Below, piece by piece: positions 33,965 to 45,000 of a stretch of 64,000 bases of DNA (within the stretch, counting starts at the first letter, position 1; the number at the start of each line of letters is the position of its first letter). The stretch comes from Macrostomum lignano (Eukaryota): positions 1 to 64,000 of the forward strand of contig NIVC01002599.1 in assembly GCA_002269645.1 (NCBI GenBank), read 5' to 3'. The notes beneath the pieces are model-generated. The model was not told the DNA's origin. It saw only the letters and a list, made by a program, of their open reading frames with translations, and made no database searches. The position numbers and the translations under genes are program-made.

Positions 33965-36656
33965 TTTTAAAGCTTATCACACGGTCTTTTAACGTAAAAG
34001 AATGTGTGAAATAAATAAGAACCACCAATCATCAATAAAATGAGCGCTTAAACAGAAGTCAAATATTCATTCAAACAGTCGTTTCCCATAACAGTAAAAA
34101 AATCTAGCTGCAAAAAAACTTAAAGCAGTTTTAAAGCTTAAAGAAAAAATATTATGTGAAGTTATGAATAAATTACTTTTTATTGTATATATTTTGTTAT
34201 AAACCACTATTTTTTGCTTGTACCGGTTTTTTTCCGTTTTCCGTAAACGTTAATGAAAATTTGCTTTTGATTCTCAGTCAAAAGCAGGCAGTCAGTCATG
34301 AGTCATGACATGCAGTAGTCATGCAGCAGGGCCTAGCACCTTTTTTATAAATATGTAAAAATGATATTGGTTTAATAATAATAGGCCAATAGACCTATAT
34401 AGGCTAAAATATAGCCAGGGTCATGGTAGAGCCTTAGGGTAGGCCTAGGCCTACTACACCTTCCTATCCTAGGCCCTACACAGCCCTAGGCCCTATTGGC
34501 TAGGGCCTACATTTTTCCCAGGACCCAGGCATGCTGCATAATGCAGTAGCCAGTAGCCTCATAGCCTATGGTGTAGTAGGGGGTCAATTTTTTGGCAAAG
34601 GCCTACTATGTAAGCTTTTGAGTATAGGCGAATAGGCCTAGGTAGGGAGGGGCCAAGGGCTAAAGTTAATAAGTCTAGGCCTACCCTAGCTTTGTTGAAA
34701 AGATAATTTAAATGAAAATGGCATAGCCATAGGCATCTAGATTAAAGTTTATACTAGAAAAACAAATTTACTCATGATATATGGTAATATGCTGGATATT
34801 ATCAGAAAAGTGTTGGAACAACAAAGGACTTTTTTGCATTGCAACAATATAAGACTTTTTTGCATTAGGCCCCCTACAACATTTAAGTTTTTTGTATACC
34901 AATGGCTATGCCATATGCCGGGTTTATAGGCCCTAGCTCAATTTTTTGGCAGACTTTGTAGGCCTATACCCGATACTTTATCTTTATGCCAACCATTTTT
35001 TATATCAATTTTATGTCAGAATTTTCTATTATACCATGTATATTTCTATTTTCTAGTAGACCTACCACTATTTCTATAAGGATTTAATTTAGCTTAGGAA
35101 CTAGGAAGATTCTCCAAGATATATTATTAGTTTCTGTTAAAATAATAGTTCTAGATAGTTTTTGCTAATTTAGCTTATGCATGTAGCATTAAAAAGTAGT
35201 TACTTCTTAGCTGACAAGTAACAATGTGAATGCCCAAGCGGTAGTAGATTGTGACTTGTGAGTGTGCCTCATGCCACAGGCCAACAACTCCATGACTACA
35301 TCTACAAGTCATATGCATTTGTTTTGCAATGTGCATACTGCTAGTGCTATTATATAATATGTAATATATGTATATACATTAATATTGCTTTGCATAGTAA
35401 TGTTCTCACATTAGTCACATGATAAAAAAGTAATTTGCAGCATTGTTATAACATAAGAATGGTACAACAAGGATGGTACTAGAAAAATATCAATCTCAGG
35501 ATAATCCCATAATCCCAAGATTTGATATTTCCTAATCCTGGGATCTTGGGATTGACAGAATCTGGGATTTTGTGATCCTTGACCCCTACTTTAAACCACT
35601 TTTTAACAACAAAATAACATGTTATGCCATATAATATGTGATATCAAAACTCTATTGTTAAAGTTTCTAAATCAATATAGAAACTTAATAGCTCCCCTTT
35701 GAAAATGGAAACATTTATCTTAATTTTAGTCTCTATTACCTAATTACAATATAGATATGGCATTAAAATCTCTATTGTTTAAGTATTATATTCTAGTTTT
35801 AGGGACTTATTAAGAGTTCCTCTCACTTTGAAACTGGCAATATTCTGAATTTATCTCTGCCTATATCAGATCAATAGTTCCAATGGTTTTTCAAGTCTCA
35901 GTTAAGTGGTATTACTAAGATATGGGAACTAGAGGAAATGTGTTCTTATATCTATATGCTTTTTCTAAAAACCTCTGTATCCATAACTTCCTATAGCCAT
36001 ATCCATAGCTAAGGTGGAACTCTAACAACAACAAAGTATGCAAGGTCATGGAGCAAGGTATATCAGATAGTGTGCTGCAGAGCCTGAAAACAGACTAAGT
36101 CTGCCCAATTGGCAGTGTTGAGCAAGTGCCCCAGTGTTGCATAGTAGACAGTCCATGTATTGACAAGTTTGGGCAGGACCTTGCCTAAATAGGCCCTGCA
36201 AGGTGAGCAGCAGAATGTTTTGAATGGGTTTTGGGGGGGGGCAATAGCCCTTGGCCCAGATCAAGTGGCTGCCAATTGGAGTCACCACTGGCACAGGATA
36301 ATGGATAGGCCTTGCAGCTTGGCCCAATCATACAGGGCCTTGGTCCCAATGCTCTTGCCAGTTTGAATATTTATACAACAGTAGTTATTATATGAGTATT
36401 CATATATCTATGAATATAGTCTGGATATCAAAGAATCCTAATAGTGATAAAATCATGGATATGTTCAAATAAACCATGAATTATAGAAAGGAATTCTAAA
36501 ATGTGTAAGTTAAACAAGCTAGGTGCCAATTTGGCATCTATCCAAATTCAGGATGCCAAAATTAGTTTGTCATCACAAGCTATAGTGCAAAAAACCTAGA
36601 TGCTAATAGTCTTATGTTAACAGCTTAAAATTTTGACCTACAGAATTGCCAGCAAA

Positions 36657-37193
36657 ATGTCGGACAACAGTGCCAGTGCAGGCGACGCCATTAGCAGTTT
36701 TGATCAGCTTCGCCAAGAATGCGAGCTGACTGTGCAGTCTGTGTGCGACAGTCTGGCCAACCGCCTGCCTGCTGATTGCGATTTAGCCAAGATGCAATCA
36801 GCTGTGCTGGCAGATTTCACCGAGTTTTTAGCCAACATAACCGCTGGCGAGTCAGTTGAAGCTGGCTGCGCTAAGCTCGATGAGGCCAATGCCCGGCCGC
36901 TTCCCGACGGCCGGTTGGCATGGCGACCGCCGCTGGATCTGCCTGGACCGGATCGGCCCAGGGCTATCTGTCGAGACGCCACCTATGCCGACCTGCTGGC
37001 CTATCACGACTGGCTGCGTCAGCACTGCGCCAGCCTGCTTAATGAGTGCCGCGATTTGCGCGCTAATCTACGCGCCGAATTGGCGCAAGCCGATGCTAAC
37101 GTGATTGAATTGGAGGCGCAAGCCGAGGTGCTTAGCTGTCTGGCTGGGTCAGCTGATCAATTCAATCTGGATCCCCGGCTGCTCCCTGAGTGA
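36657..37193 (+). CDS. Probable PMF1/Nnf1 (MIS12 kinetochore complex) subunit, 178 aa, single exon
   Basis: Size, a KLD...AWRPP segment and a C-terminal coiled coil resemble Nnf1/PMF1, where I recall an AWRP motif. The assignment rests on motif recall. Confidence 0.6.
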   Translation: MSDNSASAGDAISSFDQLRQECELTVQSVCDSLANRLPADCDLAKMQSAVLADFTEFLANITAGESVEAGCAKLDEANARPLPDGRLAWRPPLDLPGPDRPRAICRDATYADLLAYHDWLRQHCASLLNECRDLRANLRAELAQADANVIELEAQAEVLSCLAGSADQFNLDPRLLPE

Positions 37194-37249
37194 CAATGCC
37201 AACTAGAATTTGTTCGTTTGTTTATTACCTTTGATCCTGCCGCTACTTC

Positions 37250-37595
37250 CTGTCTATCAGCGTTTAGACCTTGCCGCTACTCCCTACCTTATCGATCCTT
37301 TGATCTTGCCGCTACTCCCTATCTTATCGATCCTTTGATCTTGCCGCTACTCCCTATCTTATCGATCCTTTGATCTTGCCGCTACTCCCTATCTTATCGA
37401 TCCTTTGATCTTGCCGCTACTCCCTATCCTATCGATCCTTTGATCTTGCCGCCACTCCCTATCCTATCGATACTTTAATCTTGCCGCTACTCCCTATCCT
37501 ATCGATCCTTTGATCTTGCCGCCACTCCCTATCCTATCGATACTTTAATCTTGCCGCTACTCCCTATCCTATCGATCCTTTGATCTTGCCGCTAT
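37250..37595 (+). repeat. 35-bp array (tcgatcctttgatcttgccgctactccctatctta), about 9-10 copies
   Basis: Read directly from the sequence. Confidence 0.93.
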
Positions 37596-37967
37596 TATTA
37601 TGTCACAGTATTGTTTACCTTTGGATCCCTTAATCAGCGGCTCATATACAATCTAACCCTGATTGTGTACCTGTCCTCCTGGTGTCAGTTAAAGCTTATT
37701 AATTTATTACCGCAAGCGTTTTTTTTCGCGTTAATTGCTTTGTGTGCTAGTTAAGATGTTTTGCATTTTGCATCGCACTAGCGAGAAAAAATTTTTTTTC
37801 AGCTTGTTCAATTTCTATTCATTTTTGCTACAGTTTTTGTTATCAACAACCGTTTATTTTCCGTTCATACATAAGTAACTTTTCTCAGCAGTTATTCTTT
37901 TTGCATCAATTGCACTGATTGAAAAATAAGTTACTTTTTGTTTAAACATACTTCTAGCTACCACCGC

Positions 37968-38685
37968 TCTCCCAGATCCTCAGTTGCTGGGCCAGCCTCC
38001 CAGATCCTGAGTTGCTGGGCCACCAGCTTTCCAGATCCTGAGTTGCTGGGCCACCAGCCTTCCAGATCCTCAGTTGCTAGGCCAGCCTCCCAGATCCTCA
38101 GTTGCTGGGCCAGCCTCCCAGATCCTCAATTTCTGGGCCACCAGCCTCCTAGATCCTCAGTTGCTGGGCCACCAGCCTCCCAGATCCTCAATTTCTGGGC
38201 CACCAGCCTCCTAGATCCTCAGTTGCTGGGCCACCAGCCTCCCAGATCCTCAATTTCTGGGCCACCAGCCTCCCAGATCCTCAGTTGCTGGGCCACCAGC
38301 CTCCCAGATCCTCAGTTGCTGGGCCAGCCTCCAACATCCTCAGTTGCTGGGCCAGCCTCCCAGATCCCCAGTTGCTGGGCCAGCCTCCCAAATCCTCAGT
38401 TGCTGGGCCAGCCTCCCAGATCCTCAGTTGCTGGGCCAGCCTCCCAGATCCTCAGTTGCTGGGCCAGTCTCCCAGATCCTCAGTTGCTGGGCCAGCCTCC
38501 CAGATTCTCAGTTGCTGGGCCAGCCTCCCAGATTCTCAGTTGCTGGGCCAGCCTCCCAGATCCTGAGTTGCTGGGCCAGCCTCCCAGATTCTCAGTTGCT
38601 GGGCCAGCCTCCCAGATTCTCAGTTGCTGGGCCAGCCTCCCAGATCCTTAGTTGCTGGGCCAGCCTCCCAGATCCTCAGCTGCTG
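37968..38685 (+). repeat. 28/31-bp array (cctcccagatcctcagttgctgggccag), about 24 copies
   Basis: Read directly. It ends about 100 bp before the RPL24 ATG. Confidence 0.93.
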
Positions 38686-38785
38686 GACTACCCCACCCCA
38701 GATCGCCCCCAGTTTAACCTTGTTGCCAATCTGCCAATCGAACGGTCTCGCGCAACCCGCCATTGCAGCTCAAAGCATCTCAAGC

Positions 38786-39268
38786 ATGAAGCTCGAACTG
38801 TGCAGCTTCTCCGGCTTCAAGGTTTACCCCGGCCGCGGCCGCTGGCTGATCCGCACGGACGGCAAGACCTTCCACTTCCTGAACTCGAAGTGCGAGCGCT
38901 CCCACTTCCAGAAGAAGAACCCGCGCGAGGTCAGCTGGACTGTGCTGTACAGGCGCAAGCACAAGAAGGGCCAGGTAGAGGAGGCCGCCAAGAAGAAGTC
39001 GCGCAAGTCGCACAAGGCCATCCGCGCTGTGGCCGGCCTGTCCATGGCCGACCTCATGGCCAAGCGGAACCAGAAGCCGGAGTTCCGCAAGGCCCAGCGC
39101 GAACAGGCGGTCCGCAACGCCAAGGAGAAGGCCAAGGCAAAGGAAGCCGAGAAGAAGGCGCAGAAGCAGGCCGAGGCCAAGCAGGCTCGGGCTGGCGGCG
39201 CCGGCCAGAAGCAGAAGGCAGCCAAGGTGGTGAAGCCGAGCGCGCCGCGAGTTGGCGGCAAGCGCTAA
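38786..39268 (+). CDS. RPL24: 60S ribosomal protein L24 (eL24), intronless CDS
   Basis: [18 protein letters not shown]...FLNSKCER...[20 protein letters not shown] and the C-terminus APRVGGKR. Confidence 0.97.
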   Translation: MKLELCSFSGFKVYPGRGRWLIRTDGKTFHFLNSKCERSHFQKKNPREVSWTVLYRRKHKKGQVEEAAKKKSRKSHKAIRAVAGLSMADLMAKRNQKPEFRKAQREQAVRNAKEKAKAKEAEKKAQKQAEAKQARAGGAGQKQKAAKVVKPSAPRVGGKR

Positions 39269-39904
39269 TAGCAAGCAGACTGGCAGTACAATAGCATAAC
39301 AATTCGAGGCTGGATTTGACATTGCGACATTTCTGATTATTGTCTATAATAAATTCAGAAATACACGATGACACACTGGGCAGTGTCAACTGCCTGCGAT
39401 AGATGGCCGACTTTCGTATTGAAAGCTTGCTTTGGAAAGAAAAAAAAAGATATTGGCTTCTGGTTTTTATTACAATGCGTCATATTTATATAGTAGCCAG
39501 AAATAAGCTAATCTGTACCGAATTTAAATTTACGCAAAATGGGGACATTGTAAAGCAATAATTGGGCATCAGAATTCATTATGCAACCAATTGTGTCAAC
39601 TGACGCCTGCATCAGCGCGCACTTTCTACTACTTGAAGTAGCAAAAGGCACAAGAGCTCACTAGTTTAGAATCCCTGCGTGATCTCAACCAGTGGCTTGT
39701 CCAAAATGCGAGTAGCAAGTAGCATAAGTCTACATGTGCAGTACAGTTATCACGGACAGCTAGATTAGAGGGACGCTGCACTCAATTTTTAGTAGCCTAA
39801 TTTGTCTATGGCCAAACCCCATTCAGCGCTATGCGTTCGTTCCTTACCGGCCTCCAGCTTATTTCTAAGAAAACCTTCTCGAGCTGCGCGTTTGGATTAT
39901 TGGA

Positions 39905-40020
39905 TTGTGCGCGCTTATACCAGTGCGCGCTTATACTATTGCGCACTTATGCCACTGCGCGCTTATACCAGTGCACACATACCAGTGCGCGCTTTCGTTA
40001 GTGCGCGCTTATACACAGCT
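39905..40020 (+). repeat. Short degenerate array of about 16 bp (gtgcgcgcttatacca)
   Basis: Read directly from the sequence. Confidence 0.75.
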
Positions 40021-40279
40021 ATGTAGTTGAGTGCGCTTGCACTGGTTATGAAGGTGCCTCGATGATGATTCTCCACTCATATTTAGCCCACATTCGACAT
40101 TAATATTCTCCTCATCATCACTGGGACAAACGGCCATGTATTTCTCTTATCCAAACCAGGTTATTTATCTCGCAAATGTATTTAATTAACACCTGAAAAA
40201 GTTGAGATCTAAAATTTTCTTTCGTGTCATAGTTATTGGTAACTCGATCCCTTCATTAGAAATGCTTTGCTTTATAACA

Positions 40280-40901
40280 AAGGGGGTTGCAGCCTAGATA
40301 GGGGATTGTAGCCTTAGATAGGGGATTGTAGCCTTGTATAGGGGATTGTAGCCTTGTATAGGGGATTGTAGCCTTAGATAGGGGATTGTAGCCTTGTATA
40401 GGGGATTGTAGCCTTGTATAGGGGATTGTAGCCTTGTATAGGGGATTGTAGCCTTAGATAAGGGATTGTAGCCTTAGATAGGGGATTGTAGCCTTAGATA
40501 GGGGATTGTAGCCTTGTATAGGGGATTGTAGCCTTGTATAGGGGATTGTAGCCTTGTATAGGGGATTGTAGCCTTAGATAGGGGATTGTAGCCTTGTATA
40601 GGGGATTGTAGCCTTGTATAGGGGATTGTAGCCTTGTATAGGGGATTGTAGCCTTAGATAAGGGATTGTAGCCTTAGATAGGGGATTGTAGCCTTAGATA
40701 GGGGGTTGTAGCCTTAGATAAGGGATTGTAGCCTTAGATAGGGGATTGTAGCCTTAGATAGGGGGTTGTAGCCTTAGATAAGGGATTGTAGCCTTAGAAA
40801 GGGGATTGTAGCCTTAGATAGGGGATTGTAGCCTTAGATAGGGGATTGTAGCCTTAGAAAGGGGATTGTAGCCTTAGATAGGGGATTGTAGTTTAGTATA
40901 A
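40280..40901 (+). repeat. 20-bp array (ggggattgtagccttagata), about 31 copies, abutting the SINE head
   Basis: Read directly from the sequence. Confidence 0.95.
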
Positions 40902-41182
40902 GGGGTTGTAGCCTAGTGGTTAGAGCGTCTGATTCACGACTTTAAGGTCGGGGGTTCGATTCCCGTTCCCCCAGGAAAAATTTGTGTCCTTGAGGAAGAC
41001 ACTTAACTCTTGCTTCAGTTCACCCAGCTGTAAAATGGGTGCCAGCATTAGCTGGGGTAATTGAGGGCGTGTGGCGACCCCCCAGTCCTTGGACTGAACA
41101 GCCGTACGCAGCCTTCCGATGCGCCGCGCAATAGCTGCGGCTGAGCTGTCGGTTGGCCCATTAAAGGCAGGTGAAATCAATA
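40902..41182 (+). mobile_element. tRNA-derived SINE family 1, copy B
   Basis: ggggttgtagcctagtggttagagcgtctgattcacgactttaaggtcgggggttcgattccc, then the same body as 25363-25650. Confidence 0.85.
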
Positions 41183-42095
41183 ATTATTTATAACGAAAAC
41201 AAAATGATTTGATCGATTATTTTAGATTGTGTTGCTAGGCGGCCACAATAATCAAAAGTTCGTAATGCCCTTGGCACAATGTCTGCGTTCCGGAAAATTC
41301 GGAATCAAAATTCATTCGATTTATGACGGCAATTTATGACCTTCGTGGCCGCAATCGCTTGATGAAGACTGAAATTCATTAAAATTCTGATTCCGTTATC
41401 AGAGTTTTGGATGGCCAAGCAAATCTCTTGAAGGGATTACAGTATCTGTAAGCTGCTGCCGCTAAGACTGTTAATCTGACTCACTAGAAGGGCTCTGACC
41501 TGCCTCCTCTCCTTAAATCCCGCGCGCAGCGCTTGTAATTAATGTCTCCCCTCTCGACTGGAAATGCCGGTCCAAATAAACAGTCCGCTTCACTTTGCAT
41601 TTCCCCCCTATGGCTGTAGGCAAAGGCTTCAATATATTGCATATTATATACTGCCTGCCTGCAATACTAGTATTCAGGGCGGGACACTGCGAAGCTCTGA
41701 TTTCAAGGAAAACACGGCAGCAAATAGAGGGGAGGATGGGGGGTAAGTGGGGTGGGGGGAAGGAAAGGAAAGGAGCGATCGGTGAAAAATGCGAATACAT
41801 TTAGCATAGGCCTTCGCCGCACCGGTTCAGCGCTGCGGAGAGATTGAGATACAGCATAAGGCATAGCATAGAATATAACGGTTCGCATTGAACAAAAATA
41901 GAGGCAGGAAGATGGCTTAAGCAAATTTTCCATTGGCCCATGGCCCATATTGGATCGTATTGATTGCACAGTCACCTCGCCTCTGTAGCGCAGCTGCAGC
42001 ATGCATATACACTAGCCCGGCAAGCCTGCCTGCACACTGACTGTCCTGAATACCGCTTCATCGGCCAGTCTTTCTTTGTCAAGCAAATCTGCACA

Positions 42096-45000
42096 ATGCT
42101 GCTGTTGAGGGCCCTCATTCTGGCTTTGCCAGCTGCTGCGGCTCTGGCGACCTCTGACTCCAGCTGCAGCCAGGCGGCAGTCCCGGCCGACTGCTCTAGG
42201 AGGGACCTGCGCCGCTGCGGCCGTCCGATAGCCAGCCGGTGCCAGTCGGCATCGCCGAGCATGCCCCGGCCTCGGTGGTGCCGTTGCTGCATCGACTGCG
42301 ACACCGCTAGACTTGGCGCCAATGCCGGCGCCACCAAAGGCGACAAGACCAGCTCGCGGCGCCAACTGCGACGGCGACTGCGTCGACTTGTGCGACGTCT
42401 CGGCGCTAATCGCGACGCAGCTGACGGTCGGCGGCTGCCAGCAGCCCGGCGCGACCGGATGATGGAGCAGCTGCTGGATCTGGAGCTGCGCCTGCTCAGC
42501 CTGAGAAAACGCAGGCGCAAAAGTGCAAAAAGAGGCCGAAAGAAAAACACAAGGAATGCAGCAGCAGCTGAGACTGCAGTCTCAGCAGGCAAAAGCAAAA
42601 TTGGAGGCGGCCGCGGTGCCTGGAGCCCTGGCAGTCTGGAGCAGCAATATTTTGTTGACAGACCGGCCTCTCAAACAGGTGTGGCCAACTCAGCTGAGAA
42701 CGGTACTGTGGCCAGCTCAGGCCGGATTCTGGCTTTGATGAGCTATCTGGAGGGGCAGAGGACGGATAAAGTGAAAGGTAGGTGGCTTGGTGTGTACTAT
42801 AGGTTCCGGGTTCGATGCACGAGCAAAACTATTAAAGTACTTTCAAAAGCCCAAAACTTGGTAACCTGAAATTTCATAATTCCTAGTCTACACGGAGTAC
42901 TTTATTATAACAACCGTTTGGGGTTGCTGGGGTTGCAAATTTCTGAATCGCCCAAGTGGTTTCACATTCACACGCTCACACAGGGTGAACAGCGGCCCTG
43001 ACTTTTTAATTGTCAGGCATTTACACTCTGTGTGCCCTGGGGGTTGGCCCTCATGGCTGTGAATCGCACGTCAACCCATGGGTCAATTTTTCGTTCACAA
43101 GCCCCAAGTGAATGAGTGTTTGCGCACGGAATCGAACCAAGGGATCGCGGCCCGAGAGTCAGGCGCCTTTGCCGCGAGCTGCTCTGCATTTCGAACCTAT
43201 CGAGCTACTCTCGTAATTAAAAAATGCAAAATGAAACAGTCTTCAGTGTAGAGAGTTAAGTGTTGAAACGCTCATCAACTGCTACACCTGTGTAGTTCGG
43301 ATTTTAACCTCGAGTTGAAAAAATTGCGCAGCGACTCTGGCAATTTTAACGCACTGCAAATTTCGAACCATATTTATAGTTACGCGTGCAGTCGGCGGCA
43401 GTGCAGAGCGCGCAGTTGCGTCAATCAGGGTTTGCCATGCAATTTGGCCTGGCCAGACTATTTGCATAGCAACTAGGTCTGTCACCAAATCTATGTGAAC
43501 CATTAATTAGATCTAGGCACAGTTTAGATTAGCAAACCATAAACTGGCCTGCGAAACAAGGACTGTCAGCTACAGCTGACCTGCCCAAAGTGCCATTAGG
43601 GGGGGAAAGTGAAGTTCAGTTCCTGATTAAGTGTAGTTGGGAATTTTTGTAGTGCTTCCCGTAATAAATTTGAACAGGAAATCTTGAGGAAAAGTTCCAA
43701 AGTTTAAAAACCTAACCTATTGACTCAAGAAGACAGAGACAGAATGGATGGAATTCTAGCAAAATTTATCAAAGACATGACACAAGCCAGGTTGCAACTG
43801 CCCTGAAGGCTTCACATTTTTTTCTTTGAAAATATAAAAATCTGCCCCCTCTCGTGCACATTTACTAATAGTAATACAATAAAAAAATAATATTCAAACC
43901 CCATATTCGAGCTGTCAACCGTTCGCAATGCTAAGCAAAAAAGCAAAGCATTCAAAACGAAACAAATGCGGGTCCCGGTCGCATCTTTTAGGCTTGAAAA
44001 TTTCTATACACCTCCTGTGTATATAGCTATAGGGTATATTTTTATTGTGCACTAAACAACAGGAAGAGAGCAATGATGCCAGTTCGCTGAGGCGAAAGAC
44101 TGACTCCCTCTTTGCCTTTCTCTCTCACTGTACGAGCCAGCTGTTATTCACCCCCATTGTGTTGTAAATAAGCCTATTGAGCGTCTCATTGAAAGGCAAC
44201 AATAAGGTTGCTCATCGAGTCCATGCAGATATAAGAGGCGAACGCAGTGCAATAAAAATGTGCAAAGACAGCGCAGCAGGCTGCAACACTGGAAGCGCCA
44301 AAGGCACGCAGGCCGGCCACCGCCATGATTCCCGCCGCGCTAGTCGAAGCCGTCCAACGGGACAGCGTCGATGCTCTGCGCCGCCTGCTGACCTCCACGC
44401 CGCCGTCGCCCGACACTCTGTCGGCTGCCCTGGCGCTGGCCGCCGCCCTGCCCTGCCAGCTGGAAACGGCGGCCGTCTTGCTGGAATTCGGCGCCAACCC
44501 GGAGCGCGCCTTGGCCCTGGTAGCCGCCTGCGATCAGGACAGGCGCGACTGTCCGGAATTGGCGCGCCTATTGGTGGCGCGCGGCGCCAGCGTCAACCAG
44601 GTCAGCCGGCCGGACGGCAAGCCGGCGCTGCTGCTGGCGGTGCGGCGCGGCCACGCGGGCCTGACGCGCCAGCTGATTGAGGTTCGAGCCGACGTCAACC
44701 TGGCTGAGCCGAATCTCCGCTGGACGCCGCTGCTGGCTGCCGTCAGCATCGACCGGGCGGATCTGGCCAAGCTGCTCCTGGATGCCCGCGCCGACCCCAA
44801 CGCCATGAGCTCGGACGGCACTGCGCTGGCAATGGCCGCCTGCCGCGGCCATCCCGGCCTCGTCCGCCTCCTGCTCGATCGCCGAGCCGATCCGAATCTC
44901 TGCGCACCCGTTGACCCGGATGCGAAACCGGATGCGGACCAGGACGCTGATCCGGACGATCTGGACAGCTACAGCCCGCTGGCCTACGCTGCCTGCAACG

